Origin: Candidatus Thorarchaeota archaeon
GTDB lineage: Archaea; Asgardarchaeota; Thorarchaeia; Thorarchaeales; Thorarchaeaceae
Direction of reading: 5' to 3'
Length of the DNA: 64,000 bases
Assembly (NCBI GenBank): GCA_963726195.1
Contig: CAVSBO010000008.1
Location: 112,276-176,275, forward strand
Shown here: piece after piece, positions 12,097-21,441 of the stretch
Layout of the letters: each line of letters starts with the position of its first letter
How positions within the stretch are numbered: position 1 is the stretch's first letter
Made by a program: the position numbers and the translations under genes
Notes under the pieces: model-generated
Seen by the model: the letters and a program-made list of their open reading frames with translations, nothing else
The model's database searches: none
Told to the model about the DNA's origin: nothing

Positions 12097-12138
12097 GTTT
12101 CGTGAACCCTGGATCATCACTCTATTTTTTCTGTTATA
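12097..12138 (+). terminator. Hairpin CAGGGTTTCGTGAACCCTG followed by a TCTATTTTTTCTGTT T-tract, just downstream of the fasciclin gene
   Basis: A 7-bp perfect stem and an oligo-T are visible in the sequence. Archaeal termination usually relies on T-tracts. Confidence 0.4.
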
Positions 12139-12299
12139 ATCGGAGTGTCTCTTCTTAGGTCTGTCACATCAAGAGAATGGATGGATTGACTCATACGAAT
12201 ACCGTTCATTCGAATGATTCGTCAGACTGAGCGTTTATTAGATGGCTACTCACATCTGTCACTCACTGGTTGATTCATTCCAGCGCGTGGTGAACAGAT

Positions 12300-12935
12300 A
12301 TGATGTATTCATGGAAGAGGATTGGAGCACTCTGTGGAATACTTGGCGGGATTCTGTTCGTCATAATCACGTTCTTGATTATGCTCATCTATCCCGGCGG
12401 GTACTCCTTTTTGGGCAACTACTTCAGCGAGTTGGGTTTGACCGTGACGAATGGTCAGCCATCAATGGCGGATTACTACCTGTTTTCTATTGCATGCACA
12501 TCAGCTGCAGTGTGCATTGTGTTATTCATGTTGTCCATGCGAACTGTTTTCGTTGAAACACCTTTGCTGAAGTACCTCAGTTGGCTGGGCACGATGCTGG
12601 GCATTGTAGCCGCACCCTTCCTATCTTCATTGGCACTCTTCGCAGGCAATGTGTTTCCATATCAGCATGGTTGGTCGACCATCTTGTTTTTCGTGTTGTA
12701 CTCGATAGCGATTGTGGTGTACTCGATTGCCATTCTGTTCAACAAGAGTTACAACAGACTCTATTCGCTTGTCGGCTTCATTGTGGCAGCCATTTGCCTG
12801 TTGTACATCTTCTGGCTCGGGTCTGCTTGGATGCAGAAGCTGGCAGTCTATGCTCTCGTGCTGTGGTCAGCATTCCAAGGCTATAGGTTATTGCAGCTGT
12901 TCGGTCAAACCAAGGCGCCGTCTTCTGCAAGCTGA
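12300..12935 (+). CDS. Integral membrane protein (6 TM), hypothetical
   Basis: The protein is hydrophobic throughout. The competing ORFs 12242.., 12581.. and 12712.. are Cys/His-rich shadows. Confidence 0.5.
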   Translation: MMYSWKRIGALCGILGGILFVIITFLIMLIYPGGYSFLGNYFSELGLTVTNGQPSMADYYLFSIACTSAAVCIVLFMLSMRTVFVETPLLKYLSWLGTMLGIVAAPFLSSLALFAGNVFPYQHGWSTILFFVLYSIAIVVYSIAILFNKSYNRLYSLVGFIVAAICLLYIFWLGSAWMQKLAVYALVLWSAFQGYRLLQLFGQTKAPSSAS

Positions 12936-13045
12936 CAGCCTGAAGCGCTGTTCCGAAAAGGAAAGGCCGATTGGCGGAGTCTTCCGTGTCAACGGGAAAT
13001 CGCTCTGCTATCGGTCCCTTCCCTTGAGATGTTTACCAGGGTCTT

Positions 13046-14413
13046 CTAGCCTTGTTGGTATTTGACAATGGCATTGGCTCTCATCGAATCGCGAGCAGTG
13101 GTGTACTCTGTGTTCAGTGTGCCATCCATCAACGAGGCATAAGCTGTCATGTCGAAGTGGCCGTGCCCTGAGAGATTGAAGAGAATCACTGTCTTCTCGC
13201 TTTTCTCCTTTGCTTCAAGAGCTAGGTCGAATACTGCTTTTATGGCATGAGATGATTCGGGAGCAGGCACGATACCTTCTGTCCTTGCGAAACTGGCTCC
13301 TGCGTTCAAGGCATCGACTTGATCGTAAGCTCTAGGTGTGACCCTGCCTTCCTGTATGAGCGCACTCAGCGTTGGAGCTGACCCGTGATATCGCAAGCCG
13401 CCGGCATGTATCTTCGGCGGAATGAAGTTTGCACCGAGAGTGTACATCTTCAACTTGGGTGTCAAGCCAGCAGTGTCTCCAAAGTCGTAGCGGTATTCGC
13501 CTTCAGTGAGCTTAGGGCAAGCCTGAGCTTCGGCGGCAATGAACTCTGTGTCCTTGAATTTGGGGTCGGCGATAAACGGATATGACAAACCCGCAAAGTT
13601 ACTGCCACCACCAACGCAGCCGACTACATAGTCTGGTTTTGTGTCAATCAGCTCCAGCTGCTTCTTGGCTTCTTGCCCAATGACTGTCTGATGGAGTAGT
13701 ACGTGGTTAAGGACCGATCCAAGAGTGTATTTCGTATTCTCGCTGCCAAGCGCATCTTCAAGCGCTTCACTGATTGCGATCCCCAGTGACCCGGGGTGTC
13801 CTGGCTGTTCTCGGTTGAGTTTTCTTCCAAACTCGGTCCTTTCAGAGGGGCTAGGTACAACTTCTGCTCCGTAGAGTCTCATCAGAGTTCCGCGGTATGC
13901 TTTCTGCTCGTAGCTAATCCTTACCATGTAGATCATTGCCTTGAGACCGAAATGCGAACAGGCAAGGGCGACGGCACTGCCCCATTGACCTGCACCTGTC
14001 TCGGTTGTGTATCGTTCCACTCCCTCTTTCATGGCGTAGTAGCATTGCGCCAACGCGGTATTCGTCTTGTGACTCCCAGTCGGAGAAACGTCCTCCCTCT
14101 TGTAGTAGATTCTGGCCGGGGTCTTCAGCATAGCTTCAAGTCCGTATGCTCTCTGAAGTGGGGTCGGCCTTCCGAAACGGATCATTGCTTCCCTCACTTC
14201 GTCAGGGATAGGTATGGTCTTTTGTTGGGAGACCTCCTGTCGCACGCACTCTCTTGCGAATATCCTCATCAGTGCCTCGGGGTTGACGGGCTCTTCCGTC
14301 CTCGGATCTATCGGAGGTGGAAGGGGGTTCTGCAAATAGGGAACTATGTTCACGAAGCTCTTTGGTGTGTCATCTGGATCCAGCATGATCCTGACTTGCT
14401 GTTTTGTCATCAA
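13046..14413 (-). CDS. trpB2: Tryptophan synthase beta-chain-like protein, TrpB2 type (PLP-dependent)
   Basis: HLNGSHKxN-type lysine region is [11 protein letters not shown], and GAGQWGSA, the GGGSN loop and GIxP are present. The ~455 aa length is typical of the stand-alone TrpB2 clade. Confidence 0.88.
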   Translation of the reverse strand: MMTKQQVRIMLDPDDTPKSFVNIVPYLQNPLPPPIDPRTEEPVNPEALMRIFARECVRQEVSQQKTIPIPDEVREAMIRFGRPTPLQRAYGLEAMLKTPARIYYKREDVSPTGSHKTNTALAQCYYAMKEGVERYTTETGAGQWGSAVALACSHFGLKAMIYMVRISYEQKAYRGTLMRLYGAEVVPSPSERTEFGRKLNREQPGHPGSLGIAISEALEDALGSENTKYTLGSVLNHVLLHQTVIGQEAKKQLELIDTKPDYVVGCVGGGSNFAGLSYPFIADPKFKDTEFIAAEAQACPKLTEGEYRYDFGDTAGLTPKLKMYTLGANFIPPKIHAGGLRYHGSAPTLSALIQEGRVTPRAYDQVDALNAGASFARTEGIVPAPESSHAIKAVFDLALEAKEKSEKTVILFNLSGHGHFDMTAYASLMDGTLNTEYTTARDSMRANAIVKYQQG

Positions 14414-14740
14414 TGATTCCTCACATTTGTGCTTCCCAAGGACGGCATCCCGTCTGGCCGCTCATGATGGCAATGGCATTCGTTTGGCCGACCATCGAAC
14501 TGACTAGCCACGGAAGAAAGGAAGCCGCCAAGAATCACCGCGTGAGCAGTATCTACAAAACGAGCTGAATGGGTCGCTTCAGACCCCTTCCCCATTGGTA
14601 GGGACGCACGCTCATCGCGGTTTTTCACCTCAGGACTAGGTTCAGTGGTCCACGATGGTCGTCTTATAAGCATTGTGCATAATCGTACATTAATGTACAT
14701 ATGTGTGCATCAACCGAACTGCCACACTTCTTTCATAAAG

Positions 14741-14966
14741 AAGCGCCGCGAGAAGACCCCCAACTTCAGTCGGGGGAGGAAACGCCGCCACGGGATATAC
14801 GAGTTTAAATGTGAGCTTGAGAAGTGAAATATCGTATCCGACCGTGGCAATGCTGTGGTCGGGAGGGCGCATGTCAACCGCCCGAATGTCGCGCGAAATG
14901 ACGAGGTAGAGTTCCTACCGCGGATCGCAGTGGCAAGCCTACGACTTTGGTCGCGGGTAGTTGGCC
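14741..14966. repeat. Conserved structured intergenic element, copy 1 (candidate ncRNA family). It is about 90% identical to 46165..46390.
   Basis: I aligned the two copies by eye: the 3' 165 nt differ at only ~12 positions. The differences fall in predicted hairpin loops (GGGCG-CATGTCAAC-CGCCC vs GGGCG-AAAGTCAAC-CGCCC; GTC-GCGCGAAAT-GAC vs GTC-GCACGAAAT-GAC; GAC-TTTG-GTC vs GAC-TTTA-GTC), while the stems are preserved. Confidence 0.5.
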
Positions 14967-15008
14967 TTTCCACAATGCTCAAGCCAATAGAATCTCAAAA
15001 CGGTTCAC

Positions 15009-15902
15009 GTGCCATCGACTGATCAAGGCCCTGTTCGCTATGCGGTTCGGGGAGCCAGTGGGGAGTTTGAGCCCCCTTTTCCCATGAGTCCTGAGCAATT
15101 AACAAACGGAACGCGCAAGACCGTATGCAAGACAGTTGATAAGACCCCGCTCAGGAAGTACACCAGCTTCTACGCTGTTGGCGTCTACGGAGGCATAGCC
15201 ACTGCCTATTCGGTCGGATGCAACTTTCGATGTGTGTTCTGCTGGGTGGACTGGTCACGTGACTGGCCCGAAAGATACGGTGGATTCTATTCACCTCAAG
15301 AAGTCTACACGAGATTAAGACAAGTGATGAAGGAGCGGCGTTTCAGAAGGGCAAGAGTGAGCGGCGCAGAACCCACACTATGCCCTGACCATATCTGTTC
15401 AATACTGGACTTGGTTCATCAGGACTCAAGCGAGTTCGATTTGTTTGTCATTGAGACAAATGGGGTAGTTCTCGGAATGGAACCCGATCTTGCTCCTCGC
15501 TTGGCTCGTTATGCCTCAAGAGACCCGTCGGACGGGACTGTGGGACATGTTCGGCTGTCGATTAGAGGCGGACTTCCTCAGCCTTTCGAGGAGAAGACAG
15601 GTTGCAGTCGTGAGTTCCTTGACCTGCCATTCGTAGCTGCAGAACGACTATGGGATGCTGGAGTCTCATTCCATGTGGCCGTTGTCGTCGACCCCCGATT
15701 CACTTCGCAGAGGGAGAAGGATACTATCTACGGCCGGCTCGCTAAGATAGATCCGTCAATCAGAAAGAACATCGAGGAGGAGTACCTCGACCCGTATCCT
15801 CATGCTCTTGTGAGACTAAGAGCTGTCGGCAGAGTGGACGTGACTGGTGAGAAGGTGTCCGAAAAGGAGCGGGAGGCTTTGCGAGGAAGACCGCACGATT
15901 AG
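15009..15902 (+). CDS. Radical SAM domain protein of unknown function
   Basis: CNFRCVFCW is a CX3CX2C motif and SGAEPTL is a glycine-rich SAM motif. Confidence 0.6.
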   Translation: MPSTDQGPVRYAVRGASGEFEPPFPMSPEQLTNGTRKTVCKTVDKTPLRKYTSFYAVGVYGGIATAYSVGCNFRCVFCWVDWSRDWPERYGGFYSPQEVYTRLRQVMKERRFRRARVSGAEPTLCPDHICSILDLVHQDSSEFDLFVIETNGVVLGMEPDLAPRLARYASRDPSDGTVGHVRLSIRGGLPQPFEEKTGCSREFLDLPFVAAERLWDAGVSFHVAVVVDPRFTSQREKDTIYGRLAKIDPSIRKNIEEEYLDPYPHALVRLRAVGRVDVTGEKVSEKEREALRGRPHD

Positions 15903-15973
15903 CATAACCCTAGGTATGCAAATGATAATAGGAACGAAACTCCCTCCCGGCGTAGAACTCCAAAGGTGGTTCT

Positions 15974-17431
15974 ATGTTGGGAGTACAAACTCTTCTTTCT
16001 CGTGATGATATCGAAGGAATCCATTCAGGGTCACTCCAACTCCTGGAGAAGACAGGCGTACTCGTGAAGAATGACCGCGCGCTAGAGATTCTCCGGAGTG
16101 CAGGATGTGACGTCGAATCCAACAGGGTGAGGATTCCTTCCGACCTTGTTGAGGCGTCAATCAAGAAAGCTCCGTCGACATTTAACCTGTACTCCCGTGA
16201 GCGTACTGTCAGCCTCGCTGTGGGGGGAGATAACACAATCTTTAATCCGGGTTCGTCGGGCACGGAGTTCCTCGATTCGCGAACCGGAGAGATACGCCCA
16301 GCACTGGCAAATGACCTTGTCCAGCTTGTGAGGATTGCAGATGCCCTCGAGTACATAGATGCCCAGAGCACGTCTGTTGTTCCGTCAGATGTGCCAGTGT
16401 CGATGTCGGATTTGTTCCGTCTCTATATCGTTCTGAGAAACTCGGACAAGCCAATAATTACAGGCGCATTCACGAAGCAAGGTCTCATCGACATGATGCA
16501 CATGCTGGAAGCAGTCGCGGGCGGCAAGGGCGAACTCGCTCAAGCTCCTCGTGCCATTTTCGACTGTTGCCCGACATCGCCCCTTAGCTGGGGTGACGTG
16601 GCCTGTCAGAATCTGATTGACTGTGCAACTAACTCGATTCCTGCGGAGATAATTCCTGCACCAATGATGGGCGCGACCAGTCCAGTCAGTATCTTTGGGA
16701 CGCTTGTGCAATCGAACGCTGAGATTCTAAGTGGCATTGTGATCACGCAGGCCATCAGACCGCGAGCTCCCATTGTCTACGGGGGATCGCTTGCGCTTTT
16801 TGACATGAAACGGGCTATGATATGCCTGGGCGCAATAGAGACCGCGATGGCCGCCTGCGCATCTGCGCAGATTGGAAAGTACCATGGGCTTCCGACCCAC
16901 GCCTACCTTGGCTTAAGTGAATCGAAGGTCATCGATGCACAAAGCGGGTTTGAGTCAGGAATCGGTCTCATACTTGCCGCCTTGTCTCGAATCAATGTCG
17001 TGTCCGGACCGGGGATGATGGCATTTGAGAACTGCCTGTCACTTGAGAAGCTCGCGATTGACAACGAGATCTGCGGCATGTCTAGAAGGATAGTACGTGG
17101 CATCGAGACCGAGGGCATGGCGACGATTCTCGACCTGATGAATGAAGTGGGGCCCGGAGGCGACTTTCTCTCTGCCGATCACACGTTGACGAAACTGCGT
17201 CAGGAGCAATTCATGCCCTCTGATGTGATTTGTAGGCGACCAGTCAACTCATGGAAGGAACACGGGTCAAAGGACAGCCGTGTCAGAGCAAAGGAGAGGG
17301 TGGAGAAGATTCTAGCGACTCACAATCCTAAACCAATGCCCCGAGAATCCAATGAGCTGCTGGAGAAAACCATGAAAGAGATCCTACGAAGGTACGGAAT
17401 TCCCGCCAGCGCATTGCCCCGTTATGTCTGA
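15974..17431 (+). CDS. MttB-superfamily methyltransferase, non-pyrrolysine type (quaternary amine/glycine-betaine:corrinoid methyltransferase-like)
   Basis: The ~485 aa length is typical and the N-terminus (LSRDDIEGIHSGSLQLLEKTGVLVKNDRALEILRSAGCDV) resembles MttB/MtgB. The ORF has no internal stop, so there is no amber/Pyl codon. Confidence 0.8.
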   Translation: MLGVQTLLSRDDIEGIHSGSLQLLEKTGVLVKNDRALEILRSAGCDVESNRVRIPSDLVEASIKKAPSTFNLYSRERTVSLAVGGDNTIFNPGSSGTEFLDSRTGEIRPALANDLVQLVRIADALEYIDAQSTSVVPSDVPVSMSDLFRLYIVLRNSDKPIITGAFTKQGLIDMMHMLEAVAGGKGELAQAPRAIFDCCPTSPLSWGDVACQNLIDCATNSIPAEIIPAPMMGATSPVSIFGTLVQSNAEILSGIVITQAIRPRAPIVYGGSLALFDMKRAMICLGAIETAMAACASAQIGKYHGLPTHAYLGLSESKVIDAQSGFESGIGLILAALSRINVVSGPGMMAFENCLSLEKLAIDNEICGMSRRIVRGIETEGMATILDLMNEVGPGGDFLSADHTLTKLRQEQFMPSDVICRRPVNSWKEHGSKDSRVRAKERVEKILATHNPKPMPRESNELLEKTMKEILRRYGIPASALPRYV

Positions 17432-17494
17432 GATGCGGGACCGATTACCAGGGTCGAAAGCCCGAGATTGCTCTTCCTGCGTACTGAGTAAGCT

Positions 17495-17503
17495 TTATAT
17501 ATG
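17495..17503 (+). promoter_or_regulatory. TATA-like box (TTTATATAT) upstream of the PadR operon
   Basis: An AT-rich octamer lies ~90 bp upstream of the annotated start. The distance is long for an archaeal promoter, so this is tentative. Confidence 0.2.
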
Positions 17504-17589
17504 AATGTTGCACTGTGCTGTGTAACGCACAGTAACAGGTGTAGCAAAATGATGTGCAAAGCAGTATACAAGGAGGCGAGTACTGAGCC

Positions 17590-17964
17590 GTGAGCGGTGG
17601 ATCCGGTCCCGCACAAGAGGAATTCGAGAGATGGTCCACTGAGGTTAAGAAAGGTGCCGCAGCCCTCGCAATCCTCGCAGTGCTGGAGGAAGGTCGTGCC
17701 TATGGTTACGACATCGTGAAGCGTCTTGGTGAGAAAGTCACATTTCTCCAGCTAGAGCAGGGTACTGTCTATCCTCTGCTTCGGCGTCTTGAGAAGGAGA
17801 GGAAACTGTTGGACAGCGAGTGGGATTATGCAGACCCGACAAAGCCGAAGAAGTACTACCGCCTTACAGACGAGGGCAAGCGAGCTCTCAAGATGATGGC
17901 CGAAACTTGGTCTGTGCTATCGAATGAAATGAAACAGATACTCGGGAGTGTTGATGCGCGATGA
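17590..17964 (+). CDS. PadR-family transcriptional regulator
   Basis: GYDIVKRL...LEQGTVYPLLRRLEKERKL...YYRLTDEGKRAL is the PadR winged-helix signature. Confidence 0.85.
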   Translation: MSGGSGPAQEEFERWSTEVKKGAAALAILAVLEEGRAYGYDIVKRLGEKVTFLQLEQGTVYPLLRRLEKERKLLDSEWDYADPTKPKKYYRLTDEGKRALKMMAETWSVLSNEMKQILGSVDAR

Positions 17965-19028
17965 GCGAAGAACCAATGGAAATGATTGAGAAGTACTTGG
18001 AACGGGTTAGAATATACCTGCCCATTGACAGTGAGGACACTCTGACAGAGATGAGGACTCACCTGATTCAAGAAGCGGAATCTATAGGCCAAGGTAAGCT
18101 TACCCGCGGTTCCGCAATGATGGCTATTGAACGATTTGGCGATCCGAAGGATGCAGCGAACGAATATGCAGGCACGGGCAAGAAGGTAGGTCCGATACCT
18201 GCAGAGTACGTGCTTCCAACGGGCCGGATTCTGATGGGTCTCATGGCGCTTGCCATTGCATTTGGCATAGGTGCCTACTTCGTTGGGATTTCTCTATCCC
18301 GGTGGGGGCTTCCTATATTCGCCAACTGGCCATTTAGTATCCCGTTGATGGTCGCATTGTGGGTTGGCGTTGCGGCAGTCGTCATTGGAGTGCTGACATT
18401 CTTCGACAGGTTCAAGGCGCCCACTGAGAAGACAACTCTTGAAGGAGTCTTGGGGGTAGGCACAGGCATATTCACCCCAAGGACACGCTTGGAAGCGATC
18501 GTCGAGTTCGTATTTGGACTGGTCTTTGCATTTGTCCTACTGCTGCCACAGGTTCGGGTATGTTTCGACCCTGCATATCTACCGGTTCTGAACGCGATTG
18601 TGATTCTGGTGGTACTTGGTGCTATGAAGGGGCTTCTCTTCTCAAGATTCGGAGAGAACAACGTGAACCTCTTGTTAGAGGCCGTCCTCGCCGCAGCTAC
18701 AATCGCATTGTGCATGGTGCTAGCGACCACAGGATGGCCCATTGTTCAAGTCTGGGTAAACACCGGAGGGTGGTGGCATTTCTACTATCTATCAGATCTC
18801 TACAGTGAAATCAACTTCCTCGAAGCCATGTTCAACGGCATCTGGGCCTTCATAGTGTTCATCATAGCGGTTACAAGCTCTTGGCGGCTTGTGATTTCAG
18901 GAGCCAAGATCTCGATGTACATGAAGGCTGGAAAGGGTTGGTGGTGGAAAGGTACTTGGGGATCAAGACGCCATCCGACCTGGTCCAAGTGGTCGAGAAG
19001 ACTCTTCGGCGGTCATTCAGATAGTTGA
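17961..19028 (+). CDS. Membrane protein with an N-terminal HAAS/DUF1700-like domain and 6 TM helices, translationally coupled to PadR
   Basis: The N-terminus (IEKYLERVRIYLPIDSEDTLTEMRTHLIQE...FGDPKDAANEY) matches the DUF1700/HAAS pattern found downstream of PadR genes. Its start overlaps the PadR stop (ATGA). Confidence 0.55.
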   Translation: MSEEPMEMIEKYLERVRIYLPIDSEDTLTEMRTHLIQEAESIGQGKLTRGSAMMAIERFGDPKDAANEYAGTGKKVGPIPAEYVLPTGRILMGLMALAIAFGIGAYFVGISLSRWGLPIFANWPFSIPLMVALWVGVAAVVIGVLTFFDRFKAPTEKTTLEGVLGVGTGIFTPRTRLEAIVEFVFGLVFAFVLLLPQVRVCFDPAYLPVLNAIVILVVLGAMKGLLFSRFGENNVNLLLEAVLAAATIALCMVLATTGWPIVQVWVNTGGWWHFYYLSDLYSEINFLEAMFNGIWAFIVFIIAVTSSWRLVISGAKISMYMKAGKGWWWKGTWGSRRHPTWSKWSRRLFGGHSDS

Positions 19029-19198
19029 GCCACAAGACAGTCAGAGTGAGAGCCCATAGTTCACAGGACAATCGGGAAGAGCGCTTGGAGGGCGGTCTTC
19101 CCGTTTTCATTCTCTTGCGTCCGCTCGTAGCTTCAATTGTATACAGGAAACGCGCCGCAGGTTGGGTCCCGTTGTCCGTATCTGAGCTCCATCACAAT

Positions 19199-19849
19199 TC
19201 AAGGATACCTGCTCCGTATGTAGAGGCTGCATATTATCACTACGCCCCATAGCGAAAGAACTGCACCGACTGCATTGGTCCAGCCTTCGGGTCTGAAGAT
19301 TGCAGGTATGACTGTGATTGGAATCATGAAGAGAGCGCCGTCTGTGCCGCCCCATGAGTTTGGCTTGGTGAGACTGTGGTTGAAAAGGGCGTACTCGATG
19401 CCCATTCCCAAGCAGACATTCTCCCACCCAGCTACAATTATCGGGACTATTTCGATCGTGCCCTGAATCATGACGTGCGAAGCATTCGCAACCTCAAGGT
19501 AAGGTATAGATGAGTACAGGCCCGTTACGCTAACCTCACTATCCGGGTCGTTGGCCGGCGTAAATGTAGCCTCGATTCGGTTGATGGCTAAATCCATCGG
19601 CGTGTGACCCAGAACGTGAAGGGAGATGTTGAAGAAAATGTACGTGGGCACAGATTCGTACATTGCTGGATATGTCCCGATGGTAATGTTCCCGACCAAT
19701 GGATCGTTTATGTACTGCAAGTCCTGAGTACTGGAGACTTCTCCTCTTTGAGTCGTGTAGTATATCTGGTTTGTCCAAGCTGACATAGCTAGGAGCACGA
19801 CAGTCAATATGACTAGGGCTGTGAAGACTCCGTAGAGCATCTTTCGCAA
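19199..19849 (-). CDS. Hypothetical membrane-anchored protein with N- and C-terminal TM helices and several N-glycosylation sequons
   Basis: Hydrophobic ends and NxS/T sites are visible. ORF 19539..19940 in another frame is probably a shadow. Confidence 0.4.
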   Translation of the reverse strand: MRKMLYGVFTALVILTVVLLAMSAWTNQIYYTTQRGEVSSTQDLQYINDPLVGNITIGTYPAMYESVPTYIFFNISLHVLGHTPMDLAINRIEATFTPANDPDSEVSVTGLYSSIPYLEVANASHVMIQGTIEIVPIIVAGWENVCLGMGIEYALFNHSLTKPNSWGGTDGALFMIPITVIPAIFRPEGWTNAVGAVLSLWGVVIICSLYIRSRYP

Positions 19850-20077
19850 TTCTCCCTATCCCCAGATGACTGATGCCCCTGCCAAGTATTAAGAGTTGTG
19901 CGCCATTCAAGCTGGGCAGGTACTGTACTAGCAGAGCCATTACAGTATTCGGACCAGAGTTACTCGGACTTGCACATCAATGGGCAGTTTTATTGCTTGG
20001 AATGAGAACAGCAATACCCTAGTTCTCACAGCTTCCTCATTGCTGTTCAGGAACGAAGATGATAGGACAAGAGACAA

Positions 20078-20998
20078 ATGTCAAGCAGAAAGACACCATC
20101 TTACGAAATCAAGACCTTCGAAGAGAAGTTCATTGATGAACAGGCCCGAATCGGAATCGATGCAACCAAGAATTGGACCGCATACCGTCAGACTCCTGCC
20201 GAAGAACTGAAGAAGACCTATTCGGGACCTGATTTCGATCCCAACACAAGGTTCTACGCTTTGTTGAACGGAGAACTGGTTGGCTTTCTGACGTCTTCCA
20301 TTGTCGGGGGAATCGGGGAGAAGACAGCAATCATGAGGCTCCCACTTGTCAAGAAAGGACATGAACCGGCAGAAAAGGTGCTCATGGACTATGCACTCAA
20401 GGCTCTAGGGGGGAAGCACGTACTGCTTCTCACGACTGAGGTCGCGAAGGGATGGCATACTTGGGAAGCACTCCTCAAGAAGTACAGGTTCGAAGATGTC
20501 GGAATCTCCTCCTACATCGTGGACAAGACTATCTCATCATTGAATTTGTCCAGTCTGCCAGTTCCTACTGGTGTGGGAGAGTACGAACGTGAATGGGACC
20601 GCGAAACTTTCTGTACCATGCTGACTGGTACCGGAATGCCCGCAGAACGGACAAAGGCGCTTGTTGACCAATATGAGTCAGGCGCGAAGGGATCGTACTT
20701 TAGGAAAATCGTAGTGGTCCGGAAGGAAAACAAAACAGTAGCAGCCTCGGCTTTGACAGTCCCCGACAATGAACCTGAAGTGGCACGTGTCATGAGAATC
20801 ATGACGCTCCCGGGCGTCGACCTGTCTGATGTCGGCGGGAGAATCATCAGGAAGCTGATTGAATCCGCTGCGAAGGACGGTCTGAAACGATTCCGCATTT
20901 CATTGATTCCTGACGATGTCAAAGCGTACGATGGGATACTGTCCCACTTGAGAGTGGAGGCTGTGCCCTTCATACATTCTTACAGAAAGCGGCTCTAG
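20078..20998 (+). CDS. Hypothetical protein, possibly tandem acyl-CoA N-acyltransferase (GNAT)-like folds
   Basis: The resemblance to GNAT halves is only weak. I cannot support a firm call. Confidence 0.3.
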   Translation: MSSRKTPSYEIKTFEEKFIDEQARIGIDATKNWTAYRQTPAEELKKTYSGPDFDPNTRFYALLNGELVGFLTSSIVGGIGEKTAIMRLPLVKKGHEPAEKVLMDYALKALGGKHVLLLTTEVAKGWHTWEALLKKYRFEDVGISSYIVDKTISSLNLSSLPVPTGVGEYEREWDRETFCTMLTGTGMPAERTKALVDQYESGAKGSYFRKIVVVRKENKTVAASALTVPDNEPEVARVMRIMTLPGVDLSDVGGRIIRKLIESAAKDGLKRFRISLIPDDVKAYDGILSHLRVEAVPFIHSYRKRL

Positions 20999-21032
20999 GT
21001 ACGGAGCAGGCGTGATTGGACAAAGTGACAAG

Positions 21033-21296
21033 TCAGACTTGGACGGCTGTCCCCTCTTTCGTCCAGTCAAGCTGCCATTGGATGGCCATCCTCTTTGTCA
21101 TCCTATTGCACTGCCAATAAAACGCATAACAAATCGCAATGAAGCAAACTGCCAAGAAGAGAAACAACACAGTCTTGCAGGTCAACGGCCAGAGAGTGAT
21201 GACCAATACCGCAATTGAGAGTGCCAAGAATAGTACAGCGACTTCCAGCCGATTGACCCGTTTGGCAAGATTCTCGATGCTGTCCTCCTTGGCCAC
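21033..21296 (-). CDS. Small membrane protein, hypothetical
   Basis: 87 aa with two hydrophobic helices. Confidence 0.25.
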   Translation of the reverse strand: MAKEDSIENLAKRVNRLEVAVLFLALSIAVLVITLWPLTCKTVLFLFLAVCFIAICYAFYWQCNRMTKRMAIQWQLDWTKEGTAVQV

Positions 21297-21441
21297 ATGA
21301 AATCCTCCCGCTCACGCATGTGTCAATAGTGGACCCCACAAGGTGTGCAGGTATTTGAACGTTTTCGCCAGAGGAGAGGATGAGATCAGTGGTCAGGCCA
21401 ATCAGAAACAAGTGCGGAGCTAACTGTTAAGTGAGAGTCGA

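Noticed and set aside
15974-17431. Pyrrolysine (in-frame TAG) in the MttB homolog
   Set aside because: The ORF is complete with no internal stop. Its length and N-terminus fit the non-Pyl MtgB-like branch. No pylTSBCD-like genes are visible.
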